64,000 nucleotides of DNA from Candidatus Pelearchaeum maunauluense (GCA_030059675.1 JANVYQ010000001.1:216753-280752), one strand, 5' to 3'; positions 47,501 through 57,289 are shown, counted from the first letter of the stretch. Notes: generated by a model from the letters alone, not told the origin. Translations and numbers: made by a program.

Positions 47501-48732
47501 GGCTCCAGCCCGTATCTATGTTGTGCCAGTATTGTTGGCTTTGTGCCGCTTATCAAGACTACGTCTTCCAGTCTAACGCCTCCTATCTCAGGATAGTAAA
47601 GCCCAGGCTCTACTGTCGTTATCATGTTCTTTTCTAGTTTTTGCCGCTCGTTGAGGGTTAGGTATGGTTCTTCTCCTATTGTGAGGCCTACTCCATGGCC
47701 TAGGCTGTGTATGAAGCCCCTTGTCTCTGCTTCGCGGTTTCCTTGGTAGAGGTCAAGTATTGTGAGCCTCCCACGTGATTTGAAGAGCTTGCATGTTGCT
47801 TGCATGGGCTCCATACATGGAGCCCCTTCGCGTAGCGTGTCCATCGCCTCGCTGTGAGCAGCTAGAACGTCCTCAAACATCGTGATAAGCTCCCTTGATG
47901 GTCTTCCAACCGCGTATGTGCGTGTAAAGTCAAACCAGTAGCCCGTGCTGTCTTGTGGGAAGATGTCAAAGACTATCGGCTCTCCCTCGCGTATTGGTTC
48001 GTGTTCAAGCCCCTTCTCATGTGGATCTGCTGATGATGGGCCAGCAGCTAGGATATGGTCTTCTGGGAGGGATAGTCCCTCCTCAGCGCACCATACGCGG
48101 ATGAGCCGCTTAACCCAGCCTATCCTGACAACCTCACCCCCATACGTCGCAACCCCCTCACGAATCTCCATGCTGCGCAGAAGCTCCTCCAAGCGTCTAA
48201 CCACGTTTAGCGTCTTCTCACCAGCGCGTTTTATGGCGCCAACCTCCCAATCGTCCTTTGTTCTTCGCGCGATGTCAAGTATTGTGGGCCGCTCCTCACC
48301 GACTACTGCTATACGCTTCCTGCGCAGACCGTTGAACACGTTTATTATGCTGCTAGCCTCGTTTCTCCCGTGTAGGGCTACCCTGCCCCTCACGCGGCTC
48401 TCCCTGACAATCCTAGCCAGTAGCTCTACGAAGGCCTTGCGCCTTCCATGGCGTTTAACCAGCTTAGGATAGTCGTAGTCGTTGTATGTCTTCACGTTTT
48501 TTACAATACCCTTCTTGGCGCTTCCCACATCAAGGGCGCTCACAACGAGCAGGGGCTCGTCGCCGCGTTTCTTCAGATAAACACCCCCTCGCGGCAGCTC
48601 GCAGCGGGTTAGATAGGCCAGCTCAGGATTCCCTAGGGTAGAGTCGCCGTAGCAGAGAAGAGCAGCTATACCGCGCTTCCTCATCAAAGAATCAAGCTCG
48701 CCAATCATATCTCCCCATGTAAGGAACGACAA
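47497..48732 (-). CDS. M24-family Xaa-Pro aminopeptidase/prolidase
   Basis: Pita-bread fold metal ligands (HSLGHGVGL, ...EPGLYY...). 411 aa. Confidence 0.8.
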   Translation of the reverse strand: MSFLTWGDMIGELDSLMRKRGIAALLCYGDSTLGNPELAYLTRCELPRGGVYLKKRGDEPLLVVSALDVGSAKKGIVKNVKTYNDYDYPKLVKRHGRRKAFVELLARIVRESRVRGRVALHGRNEASSIINVFNGLRRKRIAVVGEERPTILDIARRTKDDWEVGAIKRAGEKTLNVVRRLEELLRSMEIREGVATYGGEVVRIGWVKRLIRVWCAEEGLSLPEDHILAAGPSSADPHEKGLEHEPIREGEPIVFDIFPQDSTGYWFDFTRTYAVGRPSRELITMFEDVLAAHSEAMDTLREGAPCMEPMQATCKLFKSRGRLTILDLYQGNREAETRGFIHSLGHGVGLTIGEEPYLTLNERQKLEKNMITTVEPGLYYPEIGGVRLEDVVLISGTKPTILAQHRYGLEP

Positions 48733-48905
48733 GCACTATATACCTGCTGGGCTATACTCAGCGCGTCCTCAGCGTCAAGACGTGTATAAGGCTCCTCTGG
48801 CGGTGTTCCTGTCTTCATACATACTAAGCTCTCTTTCGCGTCTGCATGTATTAATCGTTCCTCAACCTGCCTTAGGTATGAGCGCACCATGTAAAGGTTA
48901 TTCAA
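48705..48905 (-). CDS. possible HEPN-like partner of the adjacent nucleotidyltransferase
   Basis: A 66 aa ORF immediately downstream of the MNT gene. It overlaps the MNT stop and the peptidase start. Weak helical HEPN-like N-terminus only. Confidence 0.2.
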   Translation of the reverse strand: MNNLYMVRSYLRQVEERLIHADAKESLVCMKTGTPPEEPYTRLDAEDALSIAQQVYSACRSLHGEI

Positions 48906-49405
48906 TCTCTATCACCTCTCCAAACCTATAGTCTGGCTTCAAATCCCAATACCAGCGCCTACCTACATGCACGCGCCTGGCACCAAGTTCCCGCAGTCTC
49001 TCGTTAAGTCTATCTAGGATTTTTCTGAAGAAGCCTCCCTTAACATAGAGTATTTTCGCGTCTTTAACCATGTCAAGGTAGAGCGGCCTTATTCTATTCG
49101 CTTCTTCTGGAGTTAGTAGCATCGGTGAGAAGTCGGTGTATATTCCCCTACTCCAGAGCTCGTCTAGAAGCTCCTTTACAGACCGCTCTGCCTGCATGAA
49201 TAGTTCCTGCCTCCTTAGCCTACTTGATGGCAGGCCTTCAACAATTACGAGCAAGTCCACGTCGCTGTCATCTCTCGCATCACCCCTAGCCACGCTGCCG
49301 CGTAGACGACGAGAGATACTAGGCGCTCACCGAAGAACTCTTTGAGAGCCCTGAGGAGCGCGTTGAGTAGTTCTTCGTATTCCTGCCGCAACTCTCTAAT
49401 AGCCA
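48898..49405 (-). CDS. minimal nucleotidyltransferase (MNT, pol-beta superfamily), with an apparent +1 frameshift
   Basis: ATG at complement 49403-49405 gives MAIRELRQEYEELLNALLRALKEFFGERLVSLVVY.... After a one-base slip near 49300 this continues as GSVARGDARDDSDVDLLVIVEG..., the GS...DxD NTase motif. Confidence 0.6.
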
Positions 49406-49463
49406 TAGAGTAGCCTGGGTTAAAAGAACTCCCTCTTCAAGCTTTTAAGACTCTTGGTCTTTT

Positions 49464-50288
49464 GTGATTGGTATGGCGAGTGTGGTGGAGCTTAGGGAGA
49501 GGTTGTTGGCGATTGATTATGAGCACACTGCTGGGGCTATAGAGTCGTTTATCGCCGAGAAGGTTGGTGAGAGCGGCGCGCGTGGTGTTGTCGTGGGGCT
49601 TAGCGGTGGTGTTGATTCATCTGTTACAGCTACTCTATGCGTACGCGCACTCGGTAGTGAGCGCGTTTTAGGCCTGGTTATGCCGACCAGCTTTACACCA
49701 AAGCAAGACGTTGAAGACGCTGAGTGGCTAGCTAGCTGGCTTGGAATTAGATGGCGGAAGATTATGATAGACCCGATAGTTGATGCCTTCGCCGCGCAGA
49801 TGGGTAAGCATACCCAGAGCCAGGAGCTTAAGATACCCTTCGCAAACCTCCGCGCCCGTATAAGGATGGCGCTATTATATTTCCACGCCAACGAGGAGAA
49901 TCTAATTGTGGTTGGTACTGGTGATAGGAGCGAGGCGCTCATAGGCTATTATACGAAATACGGCGATGGGGGTGTTGACCTTCTCCCCATAGGTGGTTTG
50001 TATAAGTCTCAGGTTAGGCGGCTGGCGGTTCATCTTGGTATTCCTGATAGGATAGCGTTTAAGCCCAGTAGCCCGCAGCTCTATCCTGGTCATAGGGCTG
50101 TTGATGAGATTCCGCTGGACTATGATTTGTTGGATGTTGTTCTTGCGTTGTTGTTTGATGAGCGCCGTGATGTGGGTGAGGTGAGCCGCGAGGCTGGGGT
50201 GCCCCGCGAGGTGGTTGAGCGTGTCTTGGTGATGCATAACAGGTCCCAGCATAAGCGGAGCATGCCTCCTATAGCGCCTATCTCCTAA
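49464..50288 (+). CDS. nadE: NH3-dependent NAD+ synthetase
   Basis: PP-loop VVGLSGGVDSSVTATL. 274 aa. Confidence 0.85.
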   Translation: MIGMASVVELRERLLAIDYEHTAGAIESFIAEKVGESGARGVVVGLSGGVDSSVTATLCVRALGSERVLGLVMPTSFTPKQDVEDAEWLASWLGIRWRKIMIDPIVDAFAAQMGKHTQSQELKIPFANLRARIRMALLYFHANEENLIVVGTGDRSEALIGYYTKYGDGGVDLLPIGGLYKSQVRRLAVHLGIPDRIAFKPSSPQLYPGHRAVDEIPLDYDLLDVVLALLFDERRDVGEVSREAGVPREVVERVLVMHNRSQHKRSMPPIAPIS

Positions 50289-50328
50289 GCATCTCCCTAT
50301 ATATCAGGCCGACATCAGCTTCTAAGGC

Positions 50329-50703
50329 ATGTCCAAAGGCGCGGAGGACTATATCAAGCGGATGTCTGACGCCCTCCGCTCAGGGGCTAGGATGCTCTCT
50401 GAGACCTGCCCCGTATGCAGTAGCCCGCTCTTCAGCCTAAGCGGGGAGCTATGGTGCCTAAAATGCAACCGCCGCGTAGTGAGGGTTCGGGAGGAGACAG
50501 AAGCAACAGCAGCGACAGTCCCCTACATACTCTCAAGCCTCAACAACACCCTAACAGCCAAGATAGAGGAGCTCAACATCCTACTACAGCGCGAGGTAGA
50601 CCCTGAGAAGATTCACAAGCTAACACAAACGCTTGACAGCCTCCTCAGGGTTCTCCGTGAGAGCCGCCGACTAGAGGCTGAGAGCAGGAAACAGGAGCAG
50701 TAG
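50329..50703 (+). CDS. UPF0148-family zinc-ribbon protein (Sjogren/scleroderma autoantigen-1-like)
   Basis: CPVCSSPLF...CLKCN zinc ribbon, then a coiled-coil. Confidence 0.45.
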   Translation: MSKGAEDYIKRMSDALRSGARMLSETCPVCSSPLFSLSGELWCLKCNRRVVRVREETEATAATVPYILSSLNNTLTAKIEELNILLQREVDPEKIHKLTQTLDSLLRVLRESRRLEAESRKQEQ

Positions 50704-50739
50704 CTTCACAGCCGTTTTGTGAATATCCTTTACAGTGAA

Positions 50740-51300
50740 TAGACAATTATGTAGTGATGGGATACGCTAATGATATAGAATAATATCTATTGATATTCTA
50801 GAGTTAATACTCTTGTATCATGTGAAGCCCTTATAATTATTCTCCATCCGTTTCGGCTGGAACCCTAGTAGCCAATAATTGAGTATTATGGTAAAAATTT
50901 TCTCATCTAAGCTCATTTCTTGAACAAGAATAAGCTGTACGGTATCTCTCCATAACTAGCTCCTGCTTCTCGTGAAGATTCACAGAGCATCTACAGCCTG
51001 TGGAGCACTTTCTCCACATTTCTACCCTTTTGCTGGTTCCATAGGAAATGAAGGGGTCGTTATGGCTGTCTCAACAGGTGAAGAAGTCATATAGCCCAGC
51101 CTCAACTCACGCTGGGCTGAATAGCTTACTTTCCTGTCTGGCTGGCCGTTTGCTGGTCTTATATTGCTGGCCTTCATCTCCCATGGCCAAAACACCAAAC
51201 AAGCCACCGCCACCCCAACATTTCCTATGGAACGCCAATCAACAAACAACAGCCAAAAACCAGAATAAATGAAAATACATTTGACAACTTGATACAATTT
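50740..51300. other. putative replication origin (oriC) upstream of cdc6/orc1
   Basis: AT-rich stretch 50740-50840. ORB-like element on the minus strand at 50842-50865 (revcomp GGGTTCCAGCCGAAACGGATGGAG). ORB-like element on the plus strand at 51037-51057 (TTCCATAGGAAATGAAGGGGT with the terminal G-string). Palindrome TGTGGAG-N6-CTCCACA at 50999-51018. Confidence 0.5.
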
Positions 51301-51352
51301 TCTATTCTTTTAGTCTTAAGTCTTCTATGGATTACGAAGCTATGGAGCATAC

Positions 51353-52654
51353 TTGTCGTCAAGAGATAAGATAAGAAACGTTGCTCATCAGGAGCTGTCT
51401 CAATTACAGTGGAAAGCTGGGGGTGGGGATCCTCTTGGTGATATTTTGGCTAGGCTGGAGTCTGGTCGGCGGATTATTTTGAGCCGTGATGTTCTGAGGG
51501 CTGATTATCTTCCAGAATCTTTGCCGCACCGCTGGGAGCATATACGTAGGATGGGTGAGGTTTTGGCGCCCTGCCTCATCGGCGGAAGGCCGTCAAACCT
51601 GTTCATCTATGGGAAGACGGGGACTGGCAAGACTGCGGTGGCCAAGCATGTTTTGAAGCGGTTCTCTGCAGAAGCTTCCCACCGCGATGCGAGGGCGAGG
51701 TTTGTCTATGTGAATTGCCGTATTGCTGGGACGGAGTATCGTGTTTTGGCCGAGATATGCGCCAGCCTAGATGTTAGGATTCCCTTTACGGGGCTCTCTA
51801 AGGCTGAGGTCTGCAGCAGGATGAGGAACGGACTCAACAGGCTGGGCGGCATGCTGGTAATATGCTTGGACGAGGTTGATGTGCTGGTGAAGAGCTTTGG
51901 CGACGGGCTTCTCTACGAGCTGACGCGAAGCAATGACCAGGGCTCTTCGGGGCATGTGGCCATTATCGGGATTTCAAACGACCTGATGTTTAAGGAGCAG
52001 CTTGACCCGCGTGTGTTGAGTAGCCTTAGTGAGGAGGAGCTGGTCTTTCACCCCTATACCGCTAATGAGCTCGCTGATATACTGAGGGAGCGCGCTGGTA
52101 TGTCGCTTAGTGAGGGCTCTTATGATGAGAGCGTGATTAGGCTCTGTGCTGCTCTAGCTGCTGCCGAGCATGGTGATGCGCGTAGAGCTCTTGACCTTCT
52201 CCGCGTGGCTGCCGAGGTTGCTGAGCGCGAGGGGGCTGAGCGGATAGAAGAGAGACACGTCAGGGCTGCCCAAGGCCTTATTGAGCGCGGCCGCGTCTAT
52301 GAAGCATTATCATCGCTCCCGCTGCATAGCAGGATAGTCCTCCTAGCCGTGTTGGTGGCGAGTAGGGAGGTGGGTAATGGGATTGCAACCTCCGGAGCGA
52401 TATACTCAACTTATAAGGCTCTCTGCGTTGAGGCTGGTGTTGAGCCGCTCACAGACAGGAGAGTGAGCACGCTCATCTCGGAGCTTGATATGCTGGGTGT
52501 TGTGAGCTGCGACCTCGTGAGCTTCGGTAGGCATGGGCGGACTAGGAGGATAAAGCTGGCTATAAACAGCGACGAGGTTATGAGCGTGTTTGAGCGCGAT
52601 GAGCTCCTATCCCCACTAGCCTCTAAAATACTGAGGAACGCTCCCCAGAACTAG
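51353..52654 (+). CDS. cdc6: origin recognition protein Cdc6/Orc1
   Basis: AAA+ Walker A LFIYGKTGTGKTAVAKHV, Walker B LVICLDEVD, and a C-terminal winged helix. 433 aa. Confidence 0.85.
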   Translation: MSSRDKIRNVAHQELSQLQWKAGGGDPLGDILARLESGRRIILSRDVLRADYLPESLPHRWEHIRRMGEVLAPCLIGGRPSNLFIYGKTGTGKTAVAKHVLKRFSAEASHRDARARFVYVNCRIAGTEYRVLAEICASLDVRIPFTGLSKAEVCSRMRNGLNRLGGMLVICLDEVDVLVKSFGDGLLYELTRSNDQGSSGHVAIIGISNDLMFKEQLDPRVLSSLSEEELVFHPYTANELADILRERAGMSLSEGSYDESVIRLCAALAAAEHGDARRALDLLRVAAEVAEREGAERIEERHVRAAQGLIERGRVYEALSSLPLHSRIVLLAVLVASREVGNGIATSGAIYSTYKALCVEAGVEPLTDRRVSTLISELDMLGVVSCDLVSFGRHGRTRRIKLAINSDEVMSVFERDELLSPLASKILRNAPQN

Positions 52655-53307
52655 GTGAGCGTCGAGCGCGCTAGCTTATCAGCCTCGCGGAGAGGCTCTG
52701 GATACTCATAGTTAAAAACAGCAACCAACGCTGGTACGTCTTCAAGCCTAACACCATAGCCAGGGCTTATGTAGTAGCTCTTTCCAGAGCGGGGCTTGAC
52801 GGCATAGCCCACAGTCTTGTTGTTTAGTATTATGGGCGCCATACTGTCAGTGAATTCACCCGCAACGCCAGCCAGTAGTTTCTTCGCTATCCCTACTGTT
52901 GGTTTTCTGAGAGCCGCGCCTAGGAAGGTGGCCATACCAGCCTCGCGGGGATGCGCTCTCCCGTGAGCATCCACTAGCAAGACATCCCAGGAGGAGCTAA
53001 GTAGCTCAACCGCCGCGAAGAGCGCTGGGGCTTCGCGGAGAAAGAGTAGGCCTGGAACATAGGGGAAGGGAGGCTCACAGAGGTAGGTTCTACCCTCCAA
53101 CACGCGGCGCTCTCCAACGCTCCACACAACCGCAGCGCCAGCCATGACGTCATCGCCATAAGCAGCATCAACCGCGCATACACGCCTCACATGGCCTAGA
53201 GGCGCGTCATAGCCGCGCACAGCATCACTAACCCAGCTCTGAAGCTCCTCAAAAAACCTCAAAACCTCACGCGCGCACATGTAGCAATAAGAAGAGAACA
53301 TAGTCAT
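52651..53307 (-). CDS. nfi: endonuclease V
   Basis: AVDAAY...YVPGLLFLREAPAL...LLVDAHGRAHPREAGMATFLGA...TVGIAK matches EndoV catalytic motifs. Confidence 0.75.
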   Translation of the reverse strand: MTMFSSYCYMCAREVLRFFEELQSWVSDAVRGYDAPLGHVRRVCAVDAAYGDDVMAGAAVVWSVGERRVLEGRTYLCEPPFPYVPGLLFLREAPALFAAVELLSSSWDVLLVDAHGRAHPREAGMATFLGAALRKPTVGIAKKLLAGVAGEFTDSMAPIILNNKTVGYAVKPRSGKSYYISPGYGVRLEDVPALVAVFNYEYPEPLREADKLARSTLT

Positions 53308-53330
53308 AGAATAAACTATCTACCAACGCC

Positions 53331-53873
53331 TCATAGCAGGTGGAGGTCGTCGCTGGATAACATGCCGACAAGCTTGGAGACGCGAGGAAGCCTGCACCCG
53401 AGCCTCCTGTGCCGCGATACTACTATAGGCCCGCGCACAGCGCGCACAAGCTCACCTAACGCTCTCTCAGCTTCCAAGTGGTGTATAACGGTGAACATGA
53501 ATGCCTGGTCTAGGGTTTTGTCTCTTATGGGTAGGTGGTGTATGTCGGCTTGGATTAGGTGCGCCTCCCCGCGTAGTTTTGGGAGTGCTTGCCGTAGCAT
53601 CCCAGCGGACTTGTCTATCCCTATGTACGCCTCGTATGGTATGTTGTTGGAGTGTAGGTATTCTAGGAGTAGTGCTGTTCCACACCCAGCGTCTAGAACC
53701 TTTCCGAGGCATGTGATTCGGAGAAGCCTGAAACACTCGCGGTATTTCTCCATCTGCTCCTGCCCGTATAGCTCGTCATAGCCAGGGCTGAGGGCGTCGT
53801 AGTCCAGCGAGGCCATGACAGCCCGCAGACCCCAGGCATGAGAGAGGCCTGGTAGATAATTAAATTCACCCAA
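53331..53873 (-). CDS. SAM-dependent methyltransferase
   Basis: Motif I VLDAGCGTALLLEYL. Confidence 0.65.
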   Translation of the reverse strand: MGEFNYLPGLSHAWGLRAVMASLDYDALSPGYDELYGQEQMEKYRECFRLLRITCLGKVLDAGCGTALLLEYLHSNNIPYEAYIGIDKSAGMLRQALPKLRGEAHLIQADIHHLPIRDKTLDQAFMFTVIHHLEAERALGELVRAVRGPIVVSRHRRLGCRLPRVSKLVGMLSSDDLHLL

Positions 53874-53909
53874 TCACGCGGCTTATGTTAAGGGAGGCTT
53901 CCCAGCCCC

Positions 53910-54512
53910 TTGCCCCGCGTTGTTGGAATAGACCTGGCAGGCTCCCCCAGGAGACCAACAGGCTACTGCGCCGTTTGGGGCGAGCCTATACGCTGCGAGG
54001 CTGGCGTGGTCTATCAAGACAGGGAAATCATAGACCTCATTACACGCTTCTCCCCTGATGTAGTAGCGATAGACGCGCCTCTCACACTACCGCGCGGTAG
54101 GAAGAGCCTAGACCGCCGCGAGCGCGCTCACTTTAGGGAATGCGACCTAGAGCTGCGTAGGCGTGGGATAAGGTTCTTCCCGATAACCCTAGGCCCCATG
54201 CGCAGCCTGACGCGGCGCGGAATCACGCTGCGCGGCCTGCTGGTGGAGAGGGGCCTCAACGTGATAGAGGTCTATCCAGGTGGCGCGCAGGACGTTCTCG
54301 GCCTTCCGAGAAAGCATCGCGACATTCGCGGCCTGCTCGCTGGTCTGAGGAGGATGGGGTTTAGATGCCTCAAGAGAGACGCCTCAGGAGACGAGGCCGA
54401 CGCCGCTACATGCGCGCTAGTCGGACTACTATACCTCCGCAACAGCTACGAAGCGCTAGGAGACGTGGAAGAGGGAGTGATAATAATGCCTAGGAGAGAG
54501 TCTGGGCTATAG
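53910..54512 (+). CDS. RNase H-fold protein of the DUF429-like type
   Basis: The N-terminus VVGIDLAGSPRRPTGYCAV resembles DUF429/YqgF-like nucleases. Confidence 0.3.
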   Translation: MPRVVGIDLAGSPRRPTGYCAVWGEPIRCEAGVVYQDREIIDLITRFSPDVVAIDAPLTLPRGRKSLDRRERAHFRECDLELRRRGIRFFPITLGPMRSLTRRGITLRGLLVERGLNVIEVYPGGAQDVLGLPRKHRDIRGLLAGLRRMGFRCLKRDASGDEADAATCALVGLLYLRNSYEALGDVEEGVIIMPRRESGL

Positions 54513-55001
54513 ATACCTGCTCGCTACTATGCTCCCCACAGCTATACACGCCAGCGTGTATAGTATCATGTAGCCCGCGTGTATCTGGAGGGGACTTGGG
54601 CTGCTTATCCCAAGGAGGAAGTAGCGCGAGAGCGATGTTGAGTGCGTGAGGGGGTTTAGAGATGCCGCCAGCTTCAGCCAATCTGGCATCTGCCGCAGGG
54701 GGAAGATAGCATTACTGGTGAAGAGCAGCGGTAGATTAACCAAGTTGGCTACTGAGATAACTAGGTCGTGGCTGGTTATCCTGATCGCTATAGCCGTGAA
54801 TATAGCCGCGAGCGCCAGTATGAGCGAGGCCATCACAACATAAACTGCCAGTATATCCAGTATTGTTATCCCCTGCCTGGGTGTGAAGCCCACGACAAAG
54901 ACGAAGAGGAGCATGAAGCTGAACTGGAGCAATCCTTTCGCGAGTGTTGAGAGGGCTTTAGCCAGGCAGATGCTCACACGCGGTATAGGCGCTGCGCGCA
55001 T
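54507..55001 (-). CDS. ABC-2-type transporter permease, apparently only the C-terminal half
   Basis: 164 aa with 4 TM helices and a ...FPLRQMPDWLKLAASLNPLTH... motif typical of ABC-2 permease C-termini. There is no N-terminal half and no ATPase gene nearby. Confidence 0.4.
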   Translation of the reverse strand: MRAAPIPRVSICLAKALSTLAKGLLQFSFMLLFVFVVGFTPRQGITILDILAVYVVMASLILALAAIFTAIAIRITSHDLVISVANLVNLPLLFTSNAIFPLRQMPDWLKLAASLNPLTHSTSLSRYFLLGISSPSPLQIHAGYMILYTLACIAVGSIVASRYL

Positions 55002-55067
55002 ACGCTCAAGATAGCCTAGACGCTATCCACCCACTTAAAGCTCCTACCGGCAAATATGTATGTGTGT

Positions 55068-56381
55068 TTAGGAGGCGGCTATCTCCAGCTCCTCAACAGA
55101 CCTGCCCGCGCTCTCAACTCCCCTCACACGCCACGCTAGGGCTGCGAGGAGGCCAGCGAGCCATATAACAGAGGCTAACAGCAGGAATGTATGAGCTGCT
55201 ATCTGTGCCTCGTACAACGCCACCAGAGCTCCCGAAACGCCTGTGAGGCTTGTTAGGAAGCCCACGAGGGATGCTCTGACGCCTGTGGGGAACAGCTCGC
55301 TCTGCATGGTGCTGAGCGACGCCCACGCCCATTCGGAGAAGATGAGAGTTATGAAGAGCGCCGTGTAGAATGCTGCCGCTATCGCCGCTGTGTGAGCCAG
55401 CATAACCGCGAGTGAGCCTGCAAAGCCTCCCGCAAACGCCAGGAGAACTGCGAGCCGCCTAGCGCGGTCTATCAACGGTATGAGCAGAAAAGCACCAATC
55501 GAAGCGCCTAGATTGGCCGTGAATATAACCAGCGGCGCCGACTCAACACCAAAAGCAAAGCCAGAAGCATAGGGAGCATAATAGGCCATCATACCATAGG
55601 TAACGTACTGCGCTACCGTTATCACGGCTAGGATGATGAGTCTAAACCAATACCTAGCTATCGCCTCGCCTAGGCTTACTTCGCGCGCTGCAGCTGTGGG
55701 GAGCCTCGCCTCGCCTATGGCTCCAGCGACACGCTCAACTATCCTCACCGCCTCACTCTCCCTGCCCTTGAGGAGAAGCCACCTGGGAGACTCTGGAAAC
55801 CCCACCCTAGTCAAGCCCACAACCACCAGCGTCCCAAGAGCAGAGGCAAGCAGATACTCAACCTGTATGAACGCATCCTCGTATATCGCCGCAAAGACAA
55901 GAGCCAAGCCAGCAATCATAGCGGCACCAACATTCCAGAAGTTGGTAGCCAGCATCAACGCCTTACCGCGATGGTGCTTCGGAGAAAACTCCGCAATAGC
56001 AGAATACGCGGCGCCAAACTCACCCCCAATACCGAACGTCATAAGCGAGGTGAGCACAGCGAGGGCTATGGTGTTGGTGTATAGGAAGAAGAGGAGAGTG
56101 AGAGCCGCAACCTCTATCACCAACGCGGCGGTGAACATAGGCCTCCTACCAACCCTATCAGCGAGCATACCAAGAACTATAGCGCCGAGAGTCTCCGCGA
56201 GCAGGTTAGCCGCGAATATGACTGGATAGTATTCTGGTGATATTATGAACACTACAAGCGGCGCTATTGAGAACATCACGCCATCAAGCAGGTAGGTTAG
56301 CGAGACTATGGAGAAGAGCCTCCAGTGGCCGCCGCGCCATGCCGCGTGGTCTAGAGCCTCCACGATGCTCTGGCTACTCAT
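55068..56381 (-). CDS. MFS transporter
   Basis: 12-TM topology with MFS motif GMLADRVGRRPM after TM2. Confidence 0.8.
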   Translation of the reverse strand: MSSQSIVEALDHAAWRGGHWRLFSIVSLTYLLDGVMFSIAPLVVFIISPEYYPVIFAANLLAETLGAIVLGMLADRVGRRPMFTAALVIEVAALTLLFFLYTNTIALAVLTSLMTFGIGGEFGAAYSAIAEFSPKHHRGKALMLATNFWNVGAAMIAGLALVFAAIYEDAFIQVEYLLASALGTLVVVGLTRVGFPESPRWLLLKGRESEAVRIVERVAGAIGEARLPTAAAREVSLGEAIARYWFRLIILAVITVAQYVTYGMMAYYAPYASGFAFGVESAPLVIFTANLGASIGAFLLIPLIDRARRLAVLLAFAGGFAGSLAVMLAHTAAIAAAFYTALFITLIFSEWAWASLSTMQSELFPTGVRASLVGFLTSLTGVSGALVALYEAQIAAHTFLLLASVIWLAGLLAALAWRVRGVESAGRSVEELEIAAS

Positions 56382-56447
56382 AACCCTTGGAAGTCTGCGC
56401 CACTAGGATTACCTTATAAACCATGTTATAACCAGCTTATAGAAGTC

Positions 56448-57236
56448 CTAAGCTAAAAGAGAAGGAGGCTGAGTAATGTCCTCAGTAGCCCTAACAACCC
56501 AAACACTCTCACGCCTAGCCCTCTCCACAAGCTCAGGCATAGCCAGAGAGCAGTAAACCAGCAACAGGCGCCTAGGTCTGAGATAAGCTGGATACCTCTC
56601 CTCTAGTATGTGGAGCTTGGAATAGAGCTCGTCAAGGACGCCTACGCCAGCCCTTACAGAGGTCTCACCCACAACACAGAGGTCGTCGGAAACCCCGTAA
56701 ATATCCACCTCAAGGTCAGGAAGCTGAAGCCGCCCCAGCTCAACATTAACACCCATCTCACGAAGCCTATGCCTCACAACAGACCTACCCTCATCCTCAA
56801 TATCAAGAGTAAGCTTCTCAAGAGTTCTCTCAACCCTACCAAGCCTAACATCCATACGGCTAAAATCAAGCCGCAACAGCCTCATCTCCTCCAAAATCTT
56901 AATTTGCTCACCACGCAAACTTCTCATCTCCTCCAAAATCTTAATTTGCTCACCACGCAAACTTCTCATCTCCTCCCATACCTTAGCCTGCTCTTCGCGA
57001 AGTCTCTCAATCTCCTTCCATATTTTGGTCTGCTCTTCTCTGAATTTCCTTATCTCCTCCCATGTTTTTTCAATTTCCTTCCATATTCTTCCCTGTTCTT
57101 TGCGTAGCTCTTTCTGCTCTTCTGCTATGCTGTCAAGTCTCTTTAGAACATCGGCTATCCCTAGGTAGCCTAGGACTGTGTATCTGAATTCTTCGTCTTC
57201 CTTGAGTAGTTTTAGGAATTCTCCGCGTATCCCCAA
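56448..57236 (-). CDS. DUF3782-like protein: long coiled-coil with 14-aa repeats plus C-terminal PD-(D/E)XK-like domain (paralog of 36928-37622)
   Basis: N-terminal ...IWKEIEKTWEEIRKFREEQTKIWKEIERLREEQAKVWEEMRSLRGEQIKILEEMRSLRGEQIKILEEM.... C-terminal LEVDIYGVSDDLCVVGETS (D..E.S in place of E.K). Confidence 0.5.
   Translation of the reverse strand: MGIRGEFLKLLKEDEEFRYTVLGYLGIADVLKRLDSIAEEQKELRKEQGRIWKEIEKTWEEIRKFREEQTKIWKEIERLREEQAKVWEEMRSLRGEQIKILEEMRSLRGEQIKILEEMRLLRLDFSRMDVRLGRVERTLEKLTLDIEDEGRSVVRHRLREMGVNVELGRLQLPDLEVDIYGVSDDLCVVGETSVRAGVGVLDELYSKLHILEERYPAYLRPRRLLLVYCSLAMPELVERARRESVWVVRATEDITQPPSLLA
56881..56976. repeat. 42-nt perfect tandem direct repeat (two full copies plus a partial third) inside the DUF3782-like gene
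   Basis: The unit CTCATCTCCTCCAAAATCTTAATTTGCTCACCACGCAAACTT starts at 56881 and 56923 with a partial third copy from 56965. It encodes a duplicated EQIKILEEMRSLRG. Confidence 0.85.
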
Positions 57237-57289
57237 AGCCTGTATATAGCTTGCTTTGTGTTGGATTTAAGATGCGCGGCTCCTCTTTC

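Noticed and set aside
51022-51297. 91-aa minus-strand ORF in the cdc6 upstream region
   Set aside because: Lies across the ORB elements and AT-rich origin region. No coding signal. Interpreted as non-coding origin DNA.
56881-56976. The 42-nt tandem repeat considered as a mini CRISPR-like or satellite array
   Set aside because: Only about 2.3 copies, no spacers, and it is in frame inside a coiled-coil coding region, encoding the duplicated peptide EQIKILEEMRSLRG. It is a coding repeat expansion.
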